Shown here piece after piece: positions 56,756 to 64,000 of a stretch of DNA of 64,000 nt. The stretch spans positions 167-64,166 of the forward strand of contig JAMOTL010000111.1 in assembly GCA_027062285.1 (NCBI GenBank), read 5' to 3'. The notes under the pieces are model-generated. The model ran no database searches, was not told the origin of the DNA, and saw only the letters and a list, made by a program, of their open reading frames with translations. Each line of letters starts with the position of its first letter. Position 1 is the first letter of the stretch. Origin of the DNA: Nautiliaceae bacterium. Lineage in GTDB: Bacteria > Campylobacterota > Campylobacteria > Campylobacterales > Nautiliaceae. The translations under genes and the position numbers were made by a program.

Positions 56756-57391
56756 ATGGATTTGAAAAATATATTTATTTTCAGAAATTTAAGCGATGAT
56801 GAAATTAAAAAGATTTCGAGTTTTACAATTATTAAAAAGCTAAAAAAAGACGAAATAATTTTTTATGAAAAAGAAACACCCTCATATTTACATATAATTT
56901 ATAAAGGCACTGCTAGAGTTTATAAAGTGGATCCTAAAGGAAATGAATTAATAATTCATAAATTTAAGCCGGTATCTTTAATCGCAGAAAGAGCGAACAT
57001 CGAAAATATCCCGTATCCGGCCAATTGTGCAATGGATACCGACGGAATAGTTATAAAAATAGAATTTGAAAAATTTAAAGAATTTATGAAAAAGGGAGAT
57101 ATCTGTTTTAATATAATGAGTTCTCTTTTAAAAAAGATGGATTATCTTGATAATATGATACACAATAATTTAATTTTAGATACCAAAACTAAAATAGCAA
57201 AATTCATTTATGAAAACAGTGAATTGTTTGAAGATTTAAAACAGCATAATATTGCCAGTCTTTTGAATATAAAACCTGAAACATTAAGTAGAAAATTAAA
57301 AGAATTTAAAAATCTGGGTATTATTGAAAATAAAGACAGCAAGCTAATAATTAAGGATAAAGAAAAAATTAAAAAATATTTTAGTTGGTAA
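56756..57391 (+). CDS. Crp/Fnr family transcriptional regulator
   Basis: It has an N-terminal cNMP-binding-like beta-roll and a C-terminal HTH (IASLLNIKPETLSRKLKEFKNLGII). Confidence 0.85.
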   Translation: MDLKNIFIFRNLSDDEIKKISSFTIIKKLKKDEIIFYEKETPSYLHIIYKGTARVYKVDPKGNELIIHKFKPVSLIAERANIENIPYPANCAMDTDGIVIKIEFEKFKEFMKKGDICFNIMSSLLKKMDYLDNMIHNNLILDTKTKIAKFIYENSELFEDLKQHNIASLLNIKPETLSRKLKEFKNLGIIENKDSKLIIKDKEKIKKYFSW

Positions 57392-57394
57392 AAA

Positions 57395-59728
57395 ATGGAT
57401 AGTGTCATATTTGTAGAAGTTGAAAATGGAATAATAAAAAAAGTTTCCGAAAATTTAAAAAGTATTTTTGGTGTAAATATAGAAGGAAAAAGATTTAATA
57501 ACCTTTTTGTTAATATAAGCGGGAATGTTTATGAAACGGTATGTAACGATCAAAAATATTATTATAAAATCGTTAAAGATAAAAAAAAGTATTTTTTGTG
57601 TGATATTACTGATGAGTATAAGTCGAATAAAATTTTAAATCTTTTACAAATCAGTGCAGATGTTTTAATAAATGCTAAAAATGAAGATGATATTTTTAGC
57701 GGACTTATGGATGTTTTTTCAAATTATACGCTTTTTTCTTGTTTTTTAAAGAAAAACGAAAACAAACTTCAATTTCACATTTGCCCTAAAATAGTGGGAA
57801 AGTACAAAGAAATAGAGACATTGTTTTATTTGAAAAATAATGAGTGTCAAATTATTAATACTTTTTTAAAGAATAGAATTTTAATTTTTAAAGATATTGA
57901 AAAGGAAAATTGTCTTTCAAAAAAACTAAAAGAATTTCTACAAAAATTTTCAATCAAATATTTGATTGTAATACCAATTTATAAACGTAATATTCCTTAC
58001 GGAGTTGTTTTATTGGTTTCAAAATATAAAAATGAATTTAAAAATGAGTTGTTTTTTTTCGATAAATTGAAAAAACTAATTGAATTTAGCCTTGAAAAAC
58101 TTGATGAACTCTCAATGCTTACTCTTATAAAAAACGCAATAGATAAAGAATATTCCTGGATTGTGATAACTGATGAAAAAGCGAATATAATATATGCCAA
58201 TAAAGCTGTTTCAGATATAAGCGGATACAAATTGGAGGAGTTATTAGGCAAAAATCCGAGAGTTTTTAAATCAGGTATCCAATCTAAAAAATTTTATGAT
58301 TATTTTTGGAAAAAACTTACAAAAGGAGAGATATTTGAAGGGGTCTTTATAAATAAGAAAAAAAATGGAGAACTCTTTTATTTAAAAGATAAAATTTTTC
58401 CGGTTAGGACCCCCGATGGAAAAAAATATTATATGTCTATTGCCACTGATATTTCAAATGAATATAAACTAAAGCGAAAAATTACGAAAATCAAATATTA
58501 TGATACATTAACCGGACTTTTAAATAGAGATGGTTTTATTGATAAGCTTTCCGTATTTTTAAACCCTGATGAAAAATATGCTATAGCGGTGATAGATATA
58601 AAAGATTTTAAGGTAATAAATCAGGTTTTTTCTAAAGATATCGGGGATAATGTACTTTTAAAAATTTCGGATACATTAAAGAAAAATTTTCCTGATAATT
58701 TAATAGCCCGAGTCGGAGCGGATGATTTTGCCGTTTGTATCCAATATGACGATTTATCAAAGTTATATCACTGTATCGAAAAAATATTATATATTTTTAA
58801 TAACATACATTTGGACGGAATTGATTTAAGTGTCAATATAGGAATTTCTCTATTCCCAAAAGATGATATTGATTCTTTGGGTTTATTGGAAAAAGCTTTT
58901 ATAGCATTGGAGTATGCTCGACAAAAAGGGGAAAACGAATTTGATTTTTATAACAGAAATATTTATAAATTACTTTTAAAATATCAAGAAGGGAGAAAAA
59001 TCATTTCATATGCCCTAAAAAATAATGATTTTATTTATTATTTTCATCCTTATGTAGATTCTAAAAGCGGTAAGATAGTTGGTGCTGAAAGTCTATTAAG
59101 AGCAAGATATAAAAACAGAATCGTTTTACCGGAGGAGTTTATTGATTATGCGGAAAAAAGCGGTAAGATAAAAGAAATAGAAAAGAAAATGTTTTGTGAG
59201 CTTGTGAAAATAGTAAAAGAAATAAATATACCTTTGTCATTTAATATTTCAGGCAAGTCTTTAAATGACAAAAAACATATCTTTAACCTTTTTAAAAATG
59301 TCAAAAATTTACCTATTTTGATTGAACTTACTGAAAGGGAAATAGTGTTGAATCTTGAATATTCTAAAAAACTTTTTGAGTTTTTTAAGGCAAAAGATTT
59401 AAAAATTTCTATTGATGATTTTGGAACCGGTTATTCTTCTTTAGCTTATATCAAAGATATTCCTGCGGAATATTTAAAAATAGACACTTCTTTTGTAAAA
59501 AATTTAGAACATTCATCAAAGGATGTGGTAATAGTGGAAACTATAATAAACTTTGCCCATAAACTTGGAATGAAAACTATAGTTGAGGGTGTCGAAAATG
59601 CTAAACAAGTAGAAATTTTAAAAAAAATAGGTTGTGATTATTTGCAAGGATTTTACTTTTATGAGCCGATGCCTTTTGAACAATTAAAAAAAGTAGTGAG
59701 GCAAAGCCTCGAAGGAGGGAGGGGTTAA
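57395..59728 (+). CDS. Signalling protein: N-terminal sensory region, PAS, degenerate GGDEF, and EAL
   Basis: The PAS segment is IVITDEKANIIYANKAVSDISGY. The GGDEF site reads GADDF. EAL-domain residues are present: ESLLR, N, ELTERE, DDFGTGYSSL, KID, EGVE and QGFYF. Confidence 0.85.
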   Translation: MDSVIFVEVENGIIKKVSENLKSIFGVNIEGKRFNNLFVNISGNVYETVCNDQKYYYKIVKDKKKYFLCDITDEYKSNKILNLLQISADVLINAKNEDDIFSGLMDVFSNYTLFSCFLKKNENKLQFHICPKIVGKYKEIETLFYLKNNECQIINTFLKNRILIFKDIEKENCLSKKLKEFLQKFSIKYLIVIPIYKRNIPYGVVLLVSKYKNEFKNELFFFDKLKKLIEFSLEKLDELSMLTLIKNAIDKEYSWIVITDEKANIIYANKAVSDISGYKLEELLGKNPRVFKSGIQSKKFYDYFWKKLTKGEIFEGVFINKKKNGELFYLKDKIFPVRTPDGKKYYMSIATDISNEYKLKRKITKIKYYDTLTGLLNRDGFIDKLSVFLNPDEKYAIAVIDIKDFKVINQVFSKDIGDNVLLKISDTLKKNFPDNLIARVGADDFAVCIQYDDLSKLYHCIEKILYIFNNIHLDGIDLSVNIGISLFPKDDIDSLGLLEKAFIALEYARQKGENEFDFYNRNIYKLLLKYQEGRKIISYALKNNDFIYYFHPYVDSKSGKIVGAESLLRARYKNRIVLPEEFIDYAEKSGKIKEIEKKMFCELVKIVKEINIPLSFNISGKSLNDKKHIFNLFKNVKNLPILIELTEREIVLNLEYSKKLFEFFKAKDLKISIDDFGTGYSSLAYIKDIPAEYLKIDTSFVKNLEHSSKDVVIVETIINFAHKLGMKTIVEGVENAKQVEILKKIGCDYLQGFYFYEPMPFEQLKKVVRQSLEGGRG

Positions 59729-59734
59729 AACGAA

Positions 59735-61162
59735 TTAACTAGCTAGTTCTTTACCGAAATCTTTGTGAATATCTCCGGAAATTACTCCTAGATTGAATGT
59801 TTCTTTTAAGAAATTGTAAATATCCTCGTTTATGAATTGAGGAGCGTTTGGTCCGATATAAATATCTTTTATTCCAAGGCTAAGCAGTGCTAAAAGAATA
59901 ATAATAGCTTTTTGCTCCATCCACATAAGTGCGATTGATACAGGAAGTTCATTTACATCTTCGATTCCAAGAGCGTTAGCTACTGCTAATGCTATATGTA
60001 CCGCACCGTTAGAATCATTACATTGTCCAAGGTCGATATATCTTGGAATGTCAGTACCAGGTACAGTTCCGAAATCTACGTCGTTGAATCTAAATTTACC
60101 ACAGCTTGATGTGATAATAATGTGGTCTTTTGGAATCGCAAGTGCCAATTCTCTAAAGTAATCTCTTTTTCTACCAGGTGCGTCACATCCGGCAATTACC
60201 CAAACTCTTTTTAGTTTTCCTTCTTTGATAGCATCAAGTACTTTTGCTCCGTATGCTTCAAGAACTGTTTTATAGTGATGTCCTGTTTTGATTTTTTCAT
60301 CGCTGTCAAATCCCGTTACATCAGGAAGTTCTAAAGTATGATCGATTAATGGATCGAAATTATCATTTTCTATTTTTTTAGCGCCTTCCACACCTGTGAT
60401 TTTGTAAGTATAAAGTCTGTCAATATATTTTTTAACTTTAGGTGATTTTTCAGGTGGTACGATACAGTTAGTGTTTACTACACATGTTCCGTTCCATTTG
60501 CTGAAAATATCAGTCTGGTCAAACCAAGCTTTACCTATGTTACCTTTTAAGTTTTTGAATTTTCTAAGATGTGGATATCCGTGAGCCGGAAGCATTTCAG
60601 AATGAGTATATACGTTGATTTTATCACTTAAGCCTCTTTCTTCTATTCTTTTAAGAAGTTTTTCAAGCATATCAAGGTTGTGTCCTGAAACTAAAATACC
60701 TTTTCCTTCCGCTTTATTTTGAGTAACTTCAATAGGAGTTGGGATACCAAGTGCTTTTGTATGTAAATCACTTAATAAATCCATAACTTTTACACCCGCA
60801 TTTCCTACTTTCATAAGTTGTGCGATATGTTCGTCAAAATTAAAGTTTACGTTTGTTAGAGTAAAATATAAAGTTTCAGCATTTACATCATCTATTTCTT
60901 TAAGTACTTTTTTAGCTTCTTCATCTCCAAGATCGTTTATTAGTTCATTGGCATGTTCTCTATATGCGCTAAGACCTTTAAGACCGAATATCATAGTATC
61001 TTGAAGTCTTGATTTTGTAGCGTCTTTACCACAAACACCTTTGCTTTCTCCATGACTTCCGCATCCGCCTGGTGCGCTCATTTCACATTGCCAGCATAAA
61101 AATGGTAAATCACAAGCTTGAGGTTTTTTACTTTCATTTTTGTTTCCGAATAATCCGAACAT
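59735..61162 (-). CDS. hcp: Hybrid cluster protein / hydroxylamine reductase (short class)
   Basis: The N-terminal Cys cluster CWQCEMSAPGGCGSHGESKGVCGKDATKSRLQD parallels E. coli Hcp as I recall it. I prefer the ATG at 61162 (AAGGAG RBS) over the track start at 61219. Confidence 0.85.
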   Translation of the reverse strand: MFGLFGNKNESKKPQACDLPFLCWQCEMSAPGGCGSHGESKGVCGKDATKSRLQDTMIFGLKGLSAYREHANELINDLGDEEAKKVLKEIDDVNAETLYFTLTNVNFNFDEHIAQLMKVGNAGVKVMDLLSDLHTKALGIPTPIEVTQNKAEGKGILVSGHNLDMLEKLLKRIEERGLSDKINVYTHSEMLPAHGYPHLRKFKNLKGNIGKAWFDQTDIFSKWNGTCVVNTNCIVPPEKSPKVKKYIDRLYTYKITGVEGAKKIENDNFDPLIDHTLELPDVTGFDSDEKIKTGHHYKTVLEAYGAKVLDAIKEGKLKRVWVIAGCDAPGRKRDYFRELALAIPKDHIIITSSCGKFRFNDVDFGTVPGTDIPRYIDLGQCNDSNGAVHIALAVANALGIEDVNELPVSIALMWMEQKAIIILLALLSLGIKDIYIGPNAPQFINEDIYNFLKETFNLGVISGDIHKDFGKELAS

Positions 61163-61190
61163 TTTTTTTCTCCTTTTGTTGTTTTGAAGT

Positions 61191-61232
61191 ATTTTAGTTA
61201 TTATTTTGTTAGTTTTCATTGACTATGGTCAA
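61191..61232 (-). promoter_or_regulatory. FNR/CRP-type box TTGACCATAGTCAA (61219-61232) with TAAAAT (61191-61196) exactly 22 nt downstream on the minus strand; a class II-type promoter for hcp
   Basis: Read directly from the sequence. It is a perfect 5-4-5 palindrome TTGAC-N4-GTCAA with the same geometry as the box at 56685-56698. Confidence 0.5.
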
Positions 61233-61274
61233 TTGATGTAATTTTTGAATAAAATTTTTGTATAAAGGCAAAAA

Positions 61275-64000
61275 ATGGGAGTTTTGGAAACAATTTATAA
61301 AAACAGATGTCCAAGGTGCTATGGCGATATTTCATCGATAAGATTAGACAGGGGAGAATTTTGCGATAAATGTATGGAAGAGATTGAAAATTTTGAATTG
61401 TGCGAAGAACTCGAAAATTTTGAAAAATTTTGTGAAGCGGATAAAAAATTAAAATCGTTTAATGAATTTTTCAAATCAAAAACAGGGAATGAACTAAGTT
61501 CCATTCAAAAAATGTGGGCAAAGAGATTTTTTTTAGATAACTCTTTTGCTCTTTTAGCGCCAACCGGAATTGGAAAAACAACATTTGGATTGTTACTTAG
61601 CGCATTTGTAAAAAATACCTATATTATATTTCCCACAAAACTTCTTGTACTTCAAGCACTTGAGAAATTTAAAGAGTGGGGTATAGATGTCTTGGCTTAT
61701 ACAGGTAAAAAGAAAGAAAAAGAGCTTATAGAAAAAGGCGAATATGATATTTTAATTACAACTACTCAGTTTTTATATAAAAACAAAGATATTATCAATA
61801 AAACATTTGAGCTGGTTTTTGTAGATGATGTTGATTCTATATTAAAAAGCGGTAGAAAGATAACGGATGTTTTAGGTCTTCTTGGGTTTAGCGAAGAAGA
61901 TTTGGAATATGCTTTAAAACTTATTGAAAATAAAGAGTATGAAAAACTCGAAAAACTTTCAAAAAAGAAAAAAGGGAATCTCATTGTCTCATCAGCTACC
62001 GCAAATCCGCGCTCAAAAAGAATTTTACTGTTTAGGTATCTTTTGGGGTTTGAGGTAAGCCGTCCGAATCTTAATTTGAGAAATATAGAAGATTTATATG
62101 ATGAAAATTATTCTTGGCAAAAATCTATTGAGTGGATAAAAAAACTAGGACGTGGGGGACTTCTGTTTTTACCGGGAAATGAAACAAAGGAAACATTGTA
62201 TGAATATACGGAATTTTTAAATACAAACGGAATAAAAGCTTATACTTATGAGGAGTTTGAGGAACATTTGGAAGAATTTAAAAAAGGGGAATGTTATTTT
62301 GTCGGGTTTGCCAGCTACAGAAATCCCCTGGCAAGAGGCATAGATTTACCGGAAGCCGTAAGATATACGCTTTTTGTAGGTGTTCCTAAAATGGAATTTA
62401 ATTTAAAAGAAGAAAATTACAGAAATTTATATTTTATAACTTTAGCGGTTTTTCCTTATTTAATGAAAAATAAAATTTTAGACACCAAAGAAGCGATAGA
62501 AATCCAAAATTATATTAACTTTATGAAAAAATATGTGTTTTTTACCCAGCTTCATCCAAAAGTGGAAGAAAAATTAAAAGAAATTTCCGAAAAACTAAAA
62601 GAGCTTATTAAAAGATATGAAAATGAAATAAAAAACTCCCCTGAAATTAGTTTTGACGGGGAAAAGATAATTACAGCCGACATTACGGGATATATTCAGG
62701 CAAGCGGGAGAGCCAGCAGGTTTTATAAAGGGCATTTGACAAAAGGTATAGCTTTAACGCTTGTTGATAATCAAAAAGCTTTTTATTCTTTAAGAAAAAA
62801 ACTAAGATGGTTTAGCGAAGCAGAATTTAAAAGAGTAGATGAGATAGATTTGGATACTCTTTTAAAAGAAGTGGATGAGAGTAGAAAAACTAATGAAAAA
62901 ATAAACCTTAAAACTACTTTTGTGGTAGTTGAATCTCCTACAAAAGCCAAAACGATTAGTTCGTTTTTCGGACGTCCAAGCAGAAGAATAATTGACGGGA
63001 TTAGCGTATATGAAATTTTACTTGAAGATAGGGTGTTGGTAATTACGGCAAGTATCGGGCATGATTTTGATTTAGTTGAAAATGAGGGAGTTTGGGGAGT
63101 TGTTAATAAGTATATTCCGATATTTAAAGTATTAGAAGATAAAGATAAAATCCTTAAAGCTCTTAATCTCTCTTCAAGCGAGGTAGAAGAGGTTTTTATA
63201 GCTACCGATCCTGATAGAGAAGGCGAGAAAATAGCGTTTGATTTAAGTTTAAACAATAAGCCTTATAACTTTAATATAAAAAGAGCAGAATTTCACGAAA
63301 TAACAAAATATGCTTTTGAAGAGGCTATGAATAATCCAAGAAGTGTTGATATGAATTTAGTCGCCGCTCAGTTTGTAAGAAGAATAGCTGACAGGTGGGT
63401 AGGATTTAAAGTATCTCAATATTTACAAAAACTTTTAAATAACGCACATCTCTCCGCCGGACGGGTTCAAACTCCCGTGCTTAAATGGATATGCGAAAGA
63501 ACAGAAAAGTTAAAAGAAAAAGTTTATGTAGTAAGAGTGGAGTTTGATGAGGTTAAAGTGGATTTTGAATTTGAAGATAAGAAAAAAGCTATTGAATTTT
63601 ATGAAAGTATTCCTGAAGTAATAGAAATTAAAAAAATATCCCAAAAAGAAGAAAGTTTAATAGAAAAACCATTTAATACATCTGATTTATTAAAAGAATC
63701 GGCTATGAAGCTTAGATTTTCTCCTCAAAAGACCATGCAATTAGCACAAGAGCTTTTTGAGCTGGGATTTATTACCTATCACAGGACTGATTCCCACAGA
63801 ATTTCTCCTCTTGGCAAGAGCATTGCAAAAGAGTATATCATCGAAAATTTCGGGCAAGAATATATAAAACTTAGAAGTTTTGAAGAAGGCGGGGCTCATG
63901 AGGCGATTAGGGCTACGACTTCAATGGATAAAGAGGATTTAAAAAGTTTTGTACTTACAAAAAATATGGAAATAAGCGGTGAACATTTAAGGTTGTATGA
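61275..64000 (+). CDS. rgy: Reverse gyrase (partial; runs off the right edge of the window)
   Basis: The frame is open from the ATG at 61275 to the window end. It has an N-terminal zinc finger CPRCYG...CDKC, helicase motifs APTGIGKT and VDDVD, and topoisomerase IA TOPRIM motifs VESPTKAKTI and IATDPDREGEKIA. Confidence 0.95.
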   Translation, partial: MGVLETIYKNRCPRCYGDISSIRLDRGEFCDKCMEEIENFELCEELENFEKFCEADKKLKSFNEFFKSKTGNELSSIQKMWAKRFFLDNSFALLAPTGIGKTTFGLLLSAFVKNTYIIFPTKLLVLQALEKFKEWGIDVLAYTGKKKEKELIEKGEYDILITTTQFLYKNKDIINKTFELVFVDDVDSILKSGRKITDVLGLLGFSEEDLEYALKLIENKEYEKLEKLSKKKKGNLIVSSATANPRSKRILLFRYLLGFEVSRPNLNLRNIEDLYDENYSWQKSIEWIKKLGRGGLLFLPGNETKETLYEYTEFLNTNGIKAYTYEEFEEHLEEFKKGECYFVGFASYRNPLARGIDLPEAVRYTLFVGVPKMEFNLKEENYRNLYFITLAVFPYLMKNKILDTKEAIEIQNYINFMKKYVFFTQLHPKVEEKLKEISEKLKELIKRYENEIKNSPEISFDGEKIITADITGYIQASGRASRFYKGHLTKGIALTLVDNQKAFYSLRKKLRWFSEAEFKRVDEIDLDTLLKEVDESRKTNEKINLKTTFVVVESPTKAKTISSFFGRPSRRIIDGISVYEILLEDRVLVITASIGHDFDLVENEGVWGVVNKYIPIFKVLEDKDKILKALNLSSSEVEEVFIATDPDREGEKIAFDLSLNNKPYNFNIKRAEFHEITKYAFEEAMNNPRSVDMNLVAAQFVRRIADRWVGFKVSQYLQKLLNNAHLSAGRVQTPVLKWICERTEKLKEKVYVVRVEFDEVKVDFEFEDKKKAIEFYESIPEVIEIKKISQKEESLIEKPFNTSDLLKESAMKLRFSPQKTMQLAQELFELGFITYHRTDSHRISPLGKSIAKEYIIENFGQEYIKLRSFEEGGAHEAIRATTSMDKEDLKSFVLTKNMEISGEHLRLY

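Overview
This is an AT-rich bacterial window. The core gene order pheA-hisC-fliF-fliG-fliH-dxs matches, from memory, Campylobacter-type Campylobacterota. A reverse gyrase gene at the right edge points to a thermophile, most likely Nautiliales-like; that assignment is inference only.

The window has two parts.

(1) Positions 1-12.8 kb are an accessory CRISPR island.
- There are two arrays, at 109-1950 and 11085-12638. Their 35-nt repeats are closely related, differing at 5 of 35 positions.
- Each array has its own adaptation module, built as cas1 - unknown gene - cas2 - cas2.
- In locus 1 the unknown gene is an inverted DnaG-like zinc-finger/TOPRIM gene. In locus 2 it is a 246-aa ORF with no recognisable domain.
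- Locus 1 also carries a small unknown ORF, a small Rossmann-like (possibly Csx20-like) ORF, a CARF-HEPN Csx1/Csm6-type RNase and a wHTH-WYL regulator.
- No Cas10, Cas7, Cas5, Cas6 or Cas3 gene is visible in the window.
- Between the two loci lie an NT5C-like deoxyribonucleotidase, interrupted exactly at an A AAA AAG heptamer, and a glycine-zipper mini-protein.
- I infer that both arrays are transcribed on the minus strand. The supporting points are degenerate terminal repeats on the left, a conserved leader motif on the right, and a minus-strand repeat ending in GGGGATTGCGAC.

(2) Positions 12.8-64 kb are ordinary, densely packed housekeeping genes: lemA, tatAC, serB, tal, pilT, rplY, pth, lysA, pheA, hisC, fliFGH, dxs, msrA, ubiB, tRNA-Leu, hup, ilvA, gatB, a Kv/RCK channel, gpsA, tlyA, ispG, dnaB, comEC, an SF1 helicase, ubiD and others.
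- This part ends in a redox/nitrosative-stress-looking cluster: a KamA-like radical SAM gene, a hemerythrin, a Crp/Fnr regulator, a PAS-GGDEF-EAL protein and hcp.
- Two FNR-type boxes in that cluster sit at exact class II spacing from -10 hexamers.
- A partial reverse gyrase gene follows.

The most promising candidates for undescribed biology are the extra genes embedded in the two adaptation modules and the paired cas2 genes. All functional calls come from motif reading of the translations; no database search was possible.
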